NCBI GenBank assembly: GCA_963786955.1
Contig: CAWBAT010000005.1
Coordinates: forward strand, 1,399,759 to 1,463,758
Length of the DNA: 64,000 bases
Direction of reading: 5' to 3'
Origin: an uncultured Acidimicrobiia bacterium
GTDB lineage: Bacteria; Acidobacteriota; Terriglobia; Versatilivoradales; Versatilivoraceae
The notes beneath the pieces were generated by a model. The model saw nothing but the letters and a program-made list of their open reading frames with translations. It made no database searches and was not told the origin of the DNA. Both the position numbers and the translations under genes were made by a program. Shown here piece by piece: positions 1 through 8,777 of the stretch; position 1 is the stretch's first letter, and each line of letters opens with the position of its first letter.

Positions 1-69
1 ACGGCAGGGGTGGTGAGCCAAGCCCCGCACGGTATCCAACCACCCCGCGCTGGCCTGCCGCCAGCGCTT

Positions 70-100
70 CCCCTCCTTGTTCAAGGAGGGGAGTTTTCTC
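70..100 (+). terminator. GC-rich hairpin plus T-rich tail; putative intrinsic terminator of a + strand gene lying upstream of the window
   Basis: Perfect 9-bp stem CCCCTCCTT (70-78) / AAGGAGGGG (83-91), loop GTTC, then AGTTTTCTC. It is preceded by GC-rich nested palindromes at 1-60. Confidence 0.4.
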
Positions 101-148
101 GGCTCGCCTCTTACCTGTGTCACTCTGTATAGCAGGTCCGCAAAACCG

Positions 149-451
149 TTACTTCTTCTTCTTGCCATCGAGTTCTTCAATGGTTGCAGTGGACGCCGGT
201 CTGGCCTTCTGGAGGCGGAGGGCTACACCTTCCGCTTCTCGAATCACGCGCAGGATATTCTCGCCAGCCAGTTTTCTGAGGTCAGCATCACTCCATCCTC
301 TCTTGATTAACTCGGCGAAGAGGTAGGGAAACTTTGAAGTGTCTTCCAGACCGACCGGCATCTCTTCCCCACCGAAGAAATCACTTCCAACCTTCCTTTG
401 AGACCATTGAATGCAATACAATTCAGAGCGAATGGACAAAATTCCCATCAA
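149..451 (-). pseudogene. C-terminal stub (about 75 aa) of a membrane dipeptidase (peptidase M19 family)
   Basis: The translation VGSDFFGGEEMPVGLEDTSKFPYLFAELIKRGWSDADLRKLAGENILRVIREAEG matches the conserved C-terminus of renal/microbial dipeptidases. M19 enzymes are 350-400 aa, and the missing 5' part would lie where the + strand lplT-aas gene starts (ATG 491). The gene is therefore truncated, not frameshifted. Confidence 0.6.
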
Positions 452-490
452 GTCTGTATTGAACTAGAGCAAAAGAGAATCAGGTTTCTG

Positions 491-3400
491 ATGTCGTACC
501 CTAATTCACAGAAAAGCTTCTGGTATCTGATAGCCACTCAATTCCAGGGTGCTTTCAGCGACAATGCCTACAAGAACATTGTGACCCTGGTTGCCGTCTC
601 CACTGCTGTAACGGCCCAACAAGAGAGCCAACGAATTAGCCTGGCAGGTACTCTGTTCATCCTTCCATTCCTGCTTTTTTCCATGTATGGCGGATTCCTG
701 GCGGACCGCTTCAGCAAGCGCTCCGTGACAATCTATACCAAGGTGGCTGAGGTCGCTATCATGTTGCTGGCGACTCTTGAACTCTCCCGTGGACACCTTT
801 CACTGGCCATGGGGCTTCTCTTTCTCACCGGCAGCCAGGCCGCATTCTTCGGTCCGACAAAGTACGGAATCCTACCGGAATTATTGCCGGAAAAGCGGCT
901 TTCCTGGGGCAACGGCATCCTGGAAATGACCACTTTTTTGTCCATCATTCTTGGCACAGTGGGGGGAGCAATTCTGGTCGAACACCTTGGTGGCCGTTTG
1001 TATTTAGCCGGGTTGATCCTGGTGGTGCTGGCGCTAGTGGGAACAGCCACCAGTCTTGGTATTGGACGCCTTCCAGCAGCCAATCCTGCTGCCCGCTTCC
1101 GTTGGAATTTTGTTGGAGAGGTCTGGCGCTATGTTCGCCTGGCCCGCGAGGATCGTGTTCTCTGGCTGGCGGTGGTGGGTGGCGCTTACTTCTGGTTTCT
1201 GGGTTTTCTCTTCCAGACCAATATCATCTTGTATGGCAAGAATTCTCTAGGCTTACAGGAAAGTCACATTGGATATCTATTGTCATCAGTGGCCCTGGGA
1301 ATCGGTCTGGGTAGCTATGTAGCAGGTCACTTGTCTGGGAACAAAATCGAATACGGTCTGATTCCCTTGGGCTCCATCGGGATCACAGTCTTCTCCTTGA
1401 TTCTCGGATTGGGGCGGTGGGATTTCTGGCACTCCGCGACCCTCTTAGCCGTGATCGGCTTCTCGGCGGGATTTTTCATCGTTCCTCTGAATGCCCTGGT
1501 ACAACAGCGCCCAGACCCATCGATCAAGGGTGGGATGATTGCCATGGCCAACCTGATGACTTTTGTCGGGATGCTCTTGGCCGCAGGACTATTCTGGGTA
1601 CTGAGTGGTCCTCTTCGAGTGACGCCGCATCAGGTGTTTCTGATTGGGGGAGTGCTCACTCTGGTTGCGACGACTTACGTCTCGATGTTGCTTCCGGATT
1701 CTTTGCTGCGTCTGGTTTTATGGATACTGACGCACAGTCTTTACCGCATTCGAGTGGTAGGTCGCGACAACATTCCCGAAAAAGGGGGCGCACTATTCGT
1801 TTCCAACCACATGTCATTTGTCGATGCGCTTTTGTTGATGGCATCAACCGACCGTTTCATCCGCTTCCTGATTGAGAAAGACATTTATGAGCATCGATTG
1901 ATCAGGCCTTTTGCCAGGGTCATGCGCGCGATCCCGATATCAGGCCAGCGTGGCCCACGGGCTCTGATCTATGCTCTGCGTGAAGCCAGCCGCAGCATCC
2001 AGACTGGAGATGTTGTCTGTATCTTCGCCGAGGGGCAAATTACGCGTACGGGCCAGCTGCTTCCTTTTCGCAAAGGGTTCGAGCGCATCATGAAAAACGT
2101 GGACGCGCCAATCGTTCCAGTCAATTTGGATCGCGTTTGGGGCAGCATTTTCAGTTTTGACAAGGGACGGTTCTTCTGGAAGCTGCCCGCCCGCATTCCT
2201 TATCCTGTTACGGTTACCTATGGAATCCCCATGGCTGGCCAGTCTCCTTCTGAAGTGGTCCGTCAAAAGGTTCAGGAGCTAGCGACAGACGCCTTCGCCT
2301 TCCGTAAAGCGGATCAAACCCAGCTTCAACGAGCCTTTGTTCGAAGGGCGCATCGGCATCCTTGGCGCTTTGCAGTGGCTGACGGAATGACGCCGCGCGT
2401 GAGCTATTTAGGCCTCCTGCTTCGTAGTGTGTTTCTCGCGAGACTGTTGAGAGAGCAATGGCACGGCCAGAAAATGATCGGGCTGTTGCTCCCCCCATCC
2501 GTGGCTGCTGCTGCGGCTAACGTTGCTGTGCTCCTCGCGGGCAAAATTCCGGTCAACCTGAACTACACAGTCTCCCAATCCGTCCTGGAGTCCTGCATCT
2601 CTCAGTGCCAAATCACAACGGTCCTGACTTCAAAGGAATTCTTGGAGAAGGTAAAGTTGCCAACCCCTTCAGGCTCCGTCTGGATGGAAGATTTGAAACA
2701 ACGGAAGACGATTGAACGGACGCTGGTCGCCTTAATGCAATCTCTGTTTTTGCCGGCTGGCCTATTGCAGCGATTGCTGGGCGCCAGCAGTTCTAAGGCT
2801 GTTGATGACCTTGCGACCATCATTTTTTCGAGCGGCAGCACAGGCGATCCGAAAGGTGTGATGCTCTCCCACCACAACATCTATTCGAACCTCGATGGCA
2901 TGGCACAGGTTTTCGCGATTTCACGACAGGATCGGATTTTGGGTGTGCTCCCTTTTTTTCACTCGTTTGGATTTACCGGAACCCTTTGGTTTCCGCTGGC
3001 CAAAGGCATGGGGGCCATCTACCATCCCAATCCGTTGGATGCTCGAACCATTGGGGCCATTGCTGGCCGCTACCATGCAACCATTCTCCTGGCCACACCC
3101 ACCTTTCTTCAGAGCTATACTCGCCGCTGCAACCCCGAAGACTTTGGCAGTCTTCAGTTCGTCATGGTGGGGGCCGAGAAACTCACGGATCGAGTCGCCA
3201 TGGCTTTTGAGGAGAAGTTTGGCATTCGCCCGATGGAGGGTTATGGTTGTACCGAGTGCTCGCCCATTGTTTCTGTGAATGTGCGTGACTTCCGTGCCGC
3301 CGGGTTCTATCAAGTTGGACAGAAGCGCGGGCGCATCGGCCACCCGCTGCCTGGAATCAGTGTTCGCATTGTCGATCCGGAAACTCTCCAACCCTTGCCC

Positions 3401-3904
3401 GCGGGTTCGACGGGCCTCCTGCTCGTGAAGGGGCCGAATGTGATGATTGGATATTTGAACCGGCCTGACAAGACGGCAGCGGTGCTCCGGGACGGCTGGT
3501 ACGTTACAGGAGACTTGGCCCTGCGGGATGCCGACGGATTCGTCACAATTACTGACCGTTTATCCCGTTTTAGTAAGATTGGCGGCGAAATGGTTCCGCA
3601 TCTCAAGGTTGAAGAGGCCTTAAACAATCTCGCTGGCACGTCTGAACTCAATTTCGCCGTGGCCGGGGTCCCGGATGAAAGAAAAGGGGAACGGCTTATA
3701 GTGCTTCATACGCTGAGCGAGGAAAAAATCAAGGAAGTGCAATCTGGACTGCCCGGCTCAGGACTTCCTAATCTTTGGATCCCGAGGCAGAATGCTTTCT
3801 TTAAAGTTGAAAAGATCCCACTGCTCGGAACGGGCAAACTCGACCTCCGTTTAGTGCGGGAAACAGCCATCAAACTGGCCGACGCGGCAAAGCAGGAGTG
3901 CTAA
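491..3904 (+). CDS. aas: Triple fusion: LplT-like MFS lysophospholipid transporter + PlsC-type acyltransferase + acyl-ACP synthetase (Aas-like)
   Basis: The N-terminal ~400 aa is a multi-TM MFS. The centre has the HX4D acyltransferase motif (NHMSFVD). The C-terminus has AMP-binding motifs SSGSTGDPKGV, GYGCTE and TGDL. ATG at 491 (MSYPNSQKSFW...) is preferred over TTG at 398. Confidence 0.85.
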   Translation: MSYPNSQKSFWYLIATQFQGAFSDNAYKNIVTLVAVSTAVTAQQESQRISLAGTLFILPFLLFSMYGGFLADRFSKRSVTIYTKVAEVAIMLLATLELSRGHLSLAMGLLFLTGSQAAFFGPTKYGILPELLPEKRLSWGNGILEMTTFLSIILGTVGGAILVEHLGGRLYLAGLILVVLALVGTATSLGIGRLPAANPAARFRWNFVGEVWRYVRLAREDRVLWLAVVGGAYFWFLGFLFQTNIILYGKNSLGLQESHIGYLLSSVALGIGLGSYVAGHLSGNKIEYGLIPLGSIGITVFSLILGLGRWDFWHSATLLAVIGFSAGFFIVPLNALVQQRPDPSIKGGMIAMANLMTFVGMLLAAGLFWVLSGPLRVTPHQVFLIGGVLTLVATTYVSMLLPDSLLRLVLWILTHSLYRIRVVGRDNIPEKGGALFVSNHMSFVDALLLMASTDRFIRFLIEKDIYEHRLIRPFARVMRAIPISGQRGPRALIYALREASRSIQTGDVVCIFAEGQITRTGQLLPFRKGFERIMKNVDAPIVPVNLDRVWGSIFSFDKGRFFWKLPARIPYPVTVTYGIPMAGQSPSEVVRQKVQELATDAFAFRKADQTQLQRAFVRRAHRHPWRFAVADGMTPRVSYLGLLLRSVFLARLLREQWHGQKMIGLLLPPSVAAAAANVAVLLAGKIPVNLNYTVSQSVLESCISQCQITTVLTSKEFLEKVKLPTPSGSVWMEDLKQRKTIERTLVALMQSLFLPAGLLQRLLGASSSKAVDDLATIIFSSGSTGDPKGVMLSHHNIYSNLDGMAQVFAISRQDRILGVLPFFHSFGFTGTLWFPLAKGMGAIYHPNPLDARTIGAIAGRYHATILLATPTFLQSYTRRCNPEDFGSLQFVMVGAEKLTDRVAMAFEEKFGIRPMEGYGCTECSPIVSVNVRDFRAAGFYQVGQKRGRIGHPLPGISVRIVDPETLQPLPAGSTGLLLVKGPNVMIGYLNRPDKTAAVLRDGWYVTGDLALRDADGFVTITDRLSRFSKIGGEMVPHLKVEEALNNLAGTSELNFAVAGVPDERKGERLIVLHTLSEEKIKEVQSGLPGSGLPNLWIPRQNAFFKVEKIPLLGTGKLDLRLVRETAIKLADAAKQEC

Positions 3905-3928
3905 GTTGCGCAAGTACGCGGTAATTAT

Positions 3929-3983
3929 TGTAGCCGGGATCGCTGATCCCGGCCGGGGTCCGGCCTCACCGAGGCCGGCTACA
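3929..3983. repeat. REP-like palindrome TGTAGCCGG...CCGGCTACA directly after the aas stop; may also act as a terminator
   Basis: The outer arms tgtagccgg / ccggctaca enclose the inner hairpins gggatcgctgatccc and ccggcctcaccgaggccgg. Confidence 0.5.
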
Positions 3984-4452
3984 GCACGAACTTATGTAAC
4001 TCAGGACCACCAGTTGCACCTGAAAAATCGATGCAGTGGAACAAATATTCCACTTCCGAGGAATTCAATTCTCAAGATTCCTGAATGAAAATCTATTCCA
4101 CATTTGAATTTGATGAGTTAAGCGCCTAACCATCAGAATGGATTTAGTTGATTTAAAAGAAGATACAATTCCAATGAAAAATTATCTCAATTTACCGAGC
4201 AATGGACATTTCGTTGCAATATCCTCTGCTGTTGGCGACGAGGCAAAACTATTCCTTAAGAATGAGCGCGTTTGAATGACTAACGGGTTTCCCCAGTTAG
4301 GTCGATAAATTGATTTGGGTATTCCATACCCAGGGAGAATTCTTGACTGTAAGGGGTATGGAATCAAAGAGTTTCAAAATTTTTGACTTTACAACTTGAT
4401 ACGGTTCCCTTAGGATTCTTGATTCTGCTTAAGTAGATGTGTCAAGCATCAA

Positions 4453-5838
4453 TTGGATAGGGTTAGATTTGGGGTGATTATGCTGTTGAAGTGTCGTGCA
4501 ATTCATTTTCTTGGGCTTCTAATCTGGTTGTCGAGTCTATTACCTACGACGTTTTTCGCCAGTGAACTGGCCCCAGCCGTCACGCCACAAATTCTATCTA
4601 GCGAGGCCCTTCAAAAGTCATTAACTCAATTGGAGCGCCGCCGCTTTCGTTCTTATAATCAAGGTGTGCTCGTCGAAACGCTGGACGGGCGGAAGGTACT
4701 TGCCGACCACAATTCGGAAGAGGTTTTTAACCCTGCCTCCGTCATGAAATTGGCAACTTCGTTCTTTGCCTTGTCTCGTTTGGGCTCGGAGCAGCGCTTT
4801 CAAACGGAAATCTATGCAGATTCGGCTTTAAATGGTCGAACGAAGGCATTGCCGGGGAACCTTTATGTCGTCAGTGATGGTGACCCGTCCCTTCGCTCAA
4901 GTGATGCAATCTCCCTCGGTCGAACTCTTGTCCGCCGCGGCCTTCGTCGTGTCGATGGGGATCTGGTGATTGCTGGTCCGTTCTCTTTGTACAGTGACAG
5001 GTACCCGGTGAGAAGTTCAGGTGACGCATTGCGTCGATCCCTGAGCCGTGTCGGCATTCTTATTAAGGGAAAAGTAAGGACGGTTTCGGTCGAACAGGTT
5101 GACCTTTCAACCAAAATCCTTTTCATGAGACGTGAATCGGATCGTCTTCGAGATATCCTGTGGCTGCAGAATGCCCATAGCATCAACGAAATTGCAGACC
5201 AAGTAGGAGACCTTCTGGGAGGACCAGAAGCTCTAGAACAGTTTTTGATCGAGGAAGCAAAGATTGCGCCCGATGAAATCCATGTGGATCGCCCTTCCGG
5301 GTTGCAATTTAACAAAATGACTCCCCGGGCCGCCGTCAGACTATTGCGGGCACTAAATGATTGGCTGGAGGCCCATAAGATGAAGATGCAGGACATTATG
5401 CCACTGGCGGGTATTGACGAAGGGACCTTGTTTGGAAGATTTCGAGATCCACAGATTTACGGGGCCGTCTTGGGTAAAACGGGAACAAATCCCGTCAAAG
5501 ACGGAGGGGTCAGTGCCCTGGCAGGCATGGCCTTCACCCGGGATAACGGTCTTGTTCTATACGCGATTTTTAATTCGCACGGCAGCATCACTGCTTACCG
5601 GCGTTGGCAGGATCATTTACTTAAGGAATTGATTGAGGAAAATGGTGGGGCGGGGGATTCCTTTCGTTCACGAGGGGGACTCTCACCAGTCAATGTGGCC
5701 TCTTATTGGGCGCCCTCCGAGTACTGGAGTAGTTTAGGCGAAGAAACCTACAAGCAACCCACCCTCAAAAAAGCCACACCTTCGCAACGCAAATACACAA
5801 GATCGCATCGTTCTAGCTCCCGCCGAGTCGGCAACTAA
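4453..5838 (+). CDS. dacB: D-alanyl-D-alanine carboxypeptidase/endopeptidase, PBP4 type (peptidase S13)
   Basis: N-terminal signal/TM segment, SxxK motif (ASVMK), KTGT motif (LGKTGTN), and the overall length and order typical of S13. Confidence 0.75.
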   Translation: MDRVRFGVIMLLKCRAIHFLGLLIWLSSLLPTTFFASELAPAVTPQILSSEALQKSLTQLERRRFRSYNQGVLVETLDGRKVLADHNSEEVFNPASVMKLATSFFALSRLGSEQRFQTEIYADSALNGRTKALPGNLYVVSDGDPSLRSSDAISLGRTLVRRGLRRVDGDLVIAGPFSLYSDRYPVRSSGDALRRSLSRVGILIKGKVRTVSVEQVDLSTKILFMRRESDRLRDILWLQNAHSINEIADQVGDLLGGPEALEQFLIEEAKIAPDEIHVDRPSGLQFNKMTPRAAVRLLRALNDWLEAHKMKMQDIMPLAGIDEGTLFGRFRDPQIYGAVLGKTGTNPVKDGGVSALAGMAFTRDNGLVLYAIFNSHGSITAYRRWQDHLLKELIEENGGAGDSFRSRGGLSPVNVASYWAPSEYWSSLGEETYKQPTLKKATPSQRKYTRSHRSSSRRVGN

Positions 5839-5921
5839 CCGGATTGCCGATTTTCGATTTCCCCTGGCAGGTGTTATTCATCACCAATCTCCGCAATTCT
5901 GCACGTGCTTGAATACCGCCA

Positions 5922-6107
5922 GGTGGAGCGGGCGCTCCGGCGCACGCTCGATAAACGCGCGAGATGACGGTTATCACACGCGCGCGTTCTACCGGAATCG
6001 ACAGATCATTAGTATCCTATTTCCCCTTTGTCAGCGACTTGCAAGCTTCAGACAAATCAGCAATTAGAGAGAAATTATGCCCGCCCAACTTCGGGACTCG
6101 GGTTAAT
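5922..6107 (+). repeat. Composite ~190-bp intergenic repeat, copy A (long hairpin module + conserved spacer + CCGAAGTTGGGCGGGCAT module)
   Basis: The hairpin ggtggagcgggcgctcc...gcgcgcgttctacc lies at 5922-5993. The spacer tttcccctttgtc..cttgcaagc and atgcccgcccaacttcgggactcgggttaat (6077-6107) align with the reverse complement of 45150-45336 and partly with 61235-61318. Confidence 0.7.
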
Positions 6108-6175
6108 ATGACCAGAGTTACGGTCTGTAAACTCAACCGGCAGGCGACGGCTTTCAAATAGATTGAAAAAGAACA

Positions 6176-6703
6176 ATGACTCTTCTTGCCATATTCGTAG
6201 GAAGTGCCGGGGCCTACTTACTGGTCTGGGCGTTCAATGTCCGGAGAGCAGCTACCGCCCAGCGTCCCCGGTTCTCCAGCACAATTGGGTTTCAGTGGGG
6301 GACCCCGACTCTTGGTCTTTTTTTCCTATTGATTGGGTTTGGATGGGCGATGAGCAGAAGTTTTCTGTGGGGAACCCTGGGCCTGGTACTGGTTCTAGGC
6401 TTAGGGGCTCTCGTGATCTTCCACGATCAGTACACAGCAACCATTAAGATCCTTTTCGATGATTTTCTGAGACTCAAGCGGGAGAATTCTGAAGCAGCTG
6501 ATTTTGATCTGCTTTACTCGATCGTTAAGTCGCGCAAACCCTTTTGGACCGAAGATCGTGTCGTTGAAATGTGTGTTGGAAAAGACATCAAACAGCTGGT
6601 CCTTTTACTCCTGCTGGTTGAATATCAGATTCATCCGATCAACGACATGGCGCTTTATGAGCGGCTTAAACAGGAAGTAGAGAAGTCGGCGCCGAAAAGT
6701 TAA
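6176..6703 (+). CDS. Hypothetical membrane protein
   Basis: 175-aa ORF with 2-3 hydrophobic helices in the N-terminal half and a charged C-terminal domain. I recognise no family. Confidence 0.4.
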   Translation: MTLLAIFVGSAGAYLLVWAFNVRRAATAQRPRFSSTIGFQWGTPTLGLFFLLIGFGWAMSRSFLWGTLGLVLVLGLGALVIFHDQYTATIKILFDDFLRLKRENSEAADFDLLYSIVKSRKPFWTEDRVVEMCVGKDIKQLVLLLLLVEYQIHPINDMALYERLKQEVEKSAPKS

Positions 6704-6731
6704 ACCAAATGAACAGAGCGATTACGCCCGT

Positions 6732-6808
6732 CTAGTGCCAAGTTACACAAATTTGCGGTATTTGATGTAGCCGGGGACGTTGACCCCGGACAGCAGGCCT
6801 GCTGCAAC
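6732..6808 (+). repeat. Repeat 'a', left copy (inverted partner at 8616-8702)
   Basis: ctagtgccaagttacacaaatttgcggtatttgatgtagccggggacgttgaccccgg aligns at about 75% identity with the reverse complement of 8616-8702. Confidence 0.7.
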
Positions 6809-6869
6809 TTGGGGCAAACGGCGTCCCTCCTTGCACAAGGGGGACTTCAGGGGGGTCCGTTTCGGACTT

Positions 6870-6990
6870 AGTACTGCTATTCGTAATTGCGGTGACGTAT
6901 CTTAAGATAGGCGCCGCTACAAAGTTGTAGGCCGGGTCACCGACCCGGCGTTAACGTTACCGTATTTATGAAAAGCAGTATCTTAGTACT
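6870..6990 (+). mobile_element. MITE-like element 'b', left copy (about 120 bp with ~28-bp terminal inverted repeats, no ORF)
   Basis: The left end agtactgctattcgtaattgcggtgacg pairs with the right end cgttaccgtatttatgaaaagcagtatcttagtact. The core tatcttaagataggcgccgc..tgtaggccgggtcaccgacccgg is shared with 8430-8560. Confidence 0.6.
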
Positions 6991-6997
6991 AGCCTGC

Positions 6998-7918
6998 CTA
7001 ATCAAACCAATCTCTCGTCAGGTCCAGCCACATCACGAGTCCCTTCCACTCTCCATAGTGCCGGTAATGGTTGAAGATAGCCTTATCAGAGACTTTTCGA
7101 CCGCGCTTGTGCATATTGGAAAACCTCTGCCGGCACCAGCTGTCCAAAGCAAGATGCTCGTAGTGACCAAGCAACCGCATCAAGTTGCCAGCCGCGTAGG
7201 GTCCAATTCCCTTGATGGATATCAGCTCACGATACAGTGTTTCGGAGTCCAATTGATCCCACTGTCTTAGGTCCAATCGCCCTGCCGCCACTTTTTCCGC
7301 AAACTCAAGTATGTAAGCGCTTCGATAACCGGATCGGATCTCTCTAATCAGAAAGTTTTCGGTTGTAGAAGCCAACTGGGTCGGGGTTGGGAAATCCGCA
7401 TAGATCGGACTAAACGATTTGCCTAGTTTGCAGACGAGATTACCGGTCATTCGCTGGGTGGCGCTCCAGGAGCAATTCGTAGTGCAAAGCATTTTGATTA
7501 TATCTTCAAAAAGATTCGGGCTACGCAGAAGCCGGCCGGCTTTGACCCGTGGAATCCACGCAAAATCCCCATTCCCTTTCAACTTCCTAACGGCGGCATA
7601 GAACGGCTGGAGTGGCTCGTGCAGGCGAAACATGGACTCAAATTGAGATTGAACCTGGTCTAATTCCTCTTGCGTCATGGGGCCATAGGATTGAATGTTT
7701 ATTTCAGTTTGCTCTTCACCCTCCTGCACCTCCACTAAAACTGTTTGATGAGAAGTGCTCAAAACGCGTAACAAACAGCGATTTTTAAGGTCGAGATGAA
7801 ACGGAGGCAAGGAGGACCAGCCATGGCTAAGGGCAGTTCGCCAAAAATTAAAATCAACAGGGGCTGAAACAGCCAGTTGGTATTGGTACATCTTTCGATT
7901 TTCGCTTCGCAGGTTCAC
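6998..7918 (-). CDS. HhH-GPD superfamily DNA glycosylase (AlkA-like 3-methyladenine glycosylase II family)
   Basis: Helix-hairpin-helix GPD signature LISIKGIGPYAAGNLMRLLG followed by HLALDSW (candidate catalytic Asp). The 306-aa length fits AlkA-type enzymes. Confidence 0.7.
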   Translation of the reverse strand: MNLRSENRKMYQYQLAVSAPVDFNFWRTALSHGWSSLPPFHLDLKNRCLLRVLSTSHQTVLVEVQEGEEQTEINIQSYGPMTQEELDQVQSQFESMFRLHEPLQPFYAAVRKLKGNGDFAWIPRVKAGRLLRSPNLFEDIIKMLCTTNCSWSATQRMTGNLVCKLGKSFSPIYADFPTPTQLASTTENFLIREIRSGYRSAYILEFAEKVAAGRLDLRQWDQLDSETLYRELISIKGIGPYAAGNLMRLLGHYEHLALDSWCRQRFSNMHKRGRKVSDKAIFNHYRHYGEWKGLVMWLDLTRDWFD

Positions 7919-8036
7919 GTTTTTTGCTAAAGGCGCCTATTCGTGCTCGATGAACTGTCGATAAGCTATTTGCAGGCCATAGCATCTATACAAGATTCGA
8001 AACGCGTCTGGCAATCTCTAGCTTCGCGAGGCCTTC

Positions 8037-8381
8037 ATGGAAACCCCTGCCTTCCTGCTCAAGCTCAAAGCCATCGGACTAAAGGATCTCTATCACATTC
8101 AGGGATTCATGCATCTTTTAATGAAACCACGGAATGGGATGCGTTGGTCGATAGAGGATAAAAAAGAACTCCGCAGCCATTTGATTCCACTTGCCGAGAC
8201 GTTGCCTTATCTCGCAGTCTTCAGCCTCCCTGGCGGCCTGCTGCTGCTGCCGATTCTTGCCCGGATTATGGACCGGCGCAAACCAGGCCAGCTGCGCTCT
8301 GTTGTTCCCAATCCTGAAAGATCACCCGAGAATCGAAGCACCGATTATCCCAACGCCGATTCCAAGTCAGAAGAGAAATAA
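8037..8381 (+). CDS. Hypothetical small membrane protein
   Basis: 114-aa ORF with one hydrophobic helix (LAVFSLPGGLLLLPILA). No recognisable family. Confidence 0.3.
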   Translation: METPAFLLKLKAIGLKDLYHIQGFMHLLMKPRNGMRWSIEDKKELRSHLIPLAETLPYLAVFSLPGGLLLLPILARIMDRRKPGQLRSVVPNPERSPENRSTDYPNADSKSEEK

Positions 8382-8429
8382 ACGAGAGAGATTCACTTTA
8401 CCGGTTGTCACCAGAAAATGGCTAGACTA

Positions 8430-8560
8430 AGTACTGCATTTCATAAATACGGTGACGTATCTTAGAATAGGCGCCGCGTGGGGTCACGCAGCCTACAAAG
8501 GTGTAGGCCGGGTCACTGACCCGGTGCTAACGTCATCGATTTTCTGAAACGCAATGGTAA
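8430..8560 (+). mobile_element. MITE-like element 'b', right copy
   Basis: agtactgcatttcataaatacggtgacgtatcttagaataggcgccgc...tgtaggccgggtcactgacccgg, with the right end taacgtcatcgattttctgaaacgc being the inverted complement of the left end. Same orientation as 6870-6990. Confidence 0.6.
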
Positions 8561-8615
8561 ACGATCGATCGTCTCGGGCCAATCGATTATCCTAATATTA
8601 AGTTGCGGAAGTCTG

Positions 8616-8702
8616 TGTTGTAGCTGGCCCCGCTGGGGTCGCCCGGGGTCAACTTCCCCCGGCTAGAGCAGTTACCGCGAATTGATGCGACTCGGCACTA
8701 GG
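8616..8702 (-). repeat. Repeat 'a', right copy in inverted orientation
   Basis: The reverse complement cctagtgccgagtcgcatcaattcgcggtaactgctctagccgggggaagttgaccccgg matches 6732-6808. Confidence 0.7.
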
Positions 8703-8777
8703 CAACCAAAATAGCAGTTCTCTCAGCCCAATTTCTTCATTGTAACGAACCTTCCCAGGAAACAGGGCAGTGGACTT

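Noticed and set aside
4321-4364. 11-bp inverted repeat ATTCCATACCC-N22-GGGTATGGAAT upstream of dacB as an operator or attenuator
   Set aside because: It is a single occurrence with a long 22-nt loop and no supporting context. It is too weak to call.
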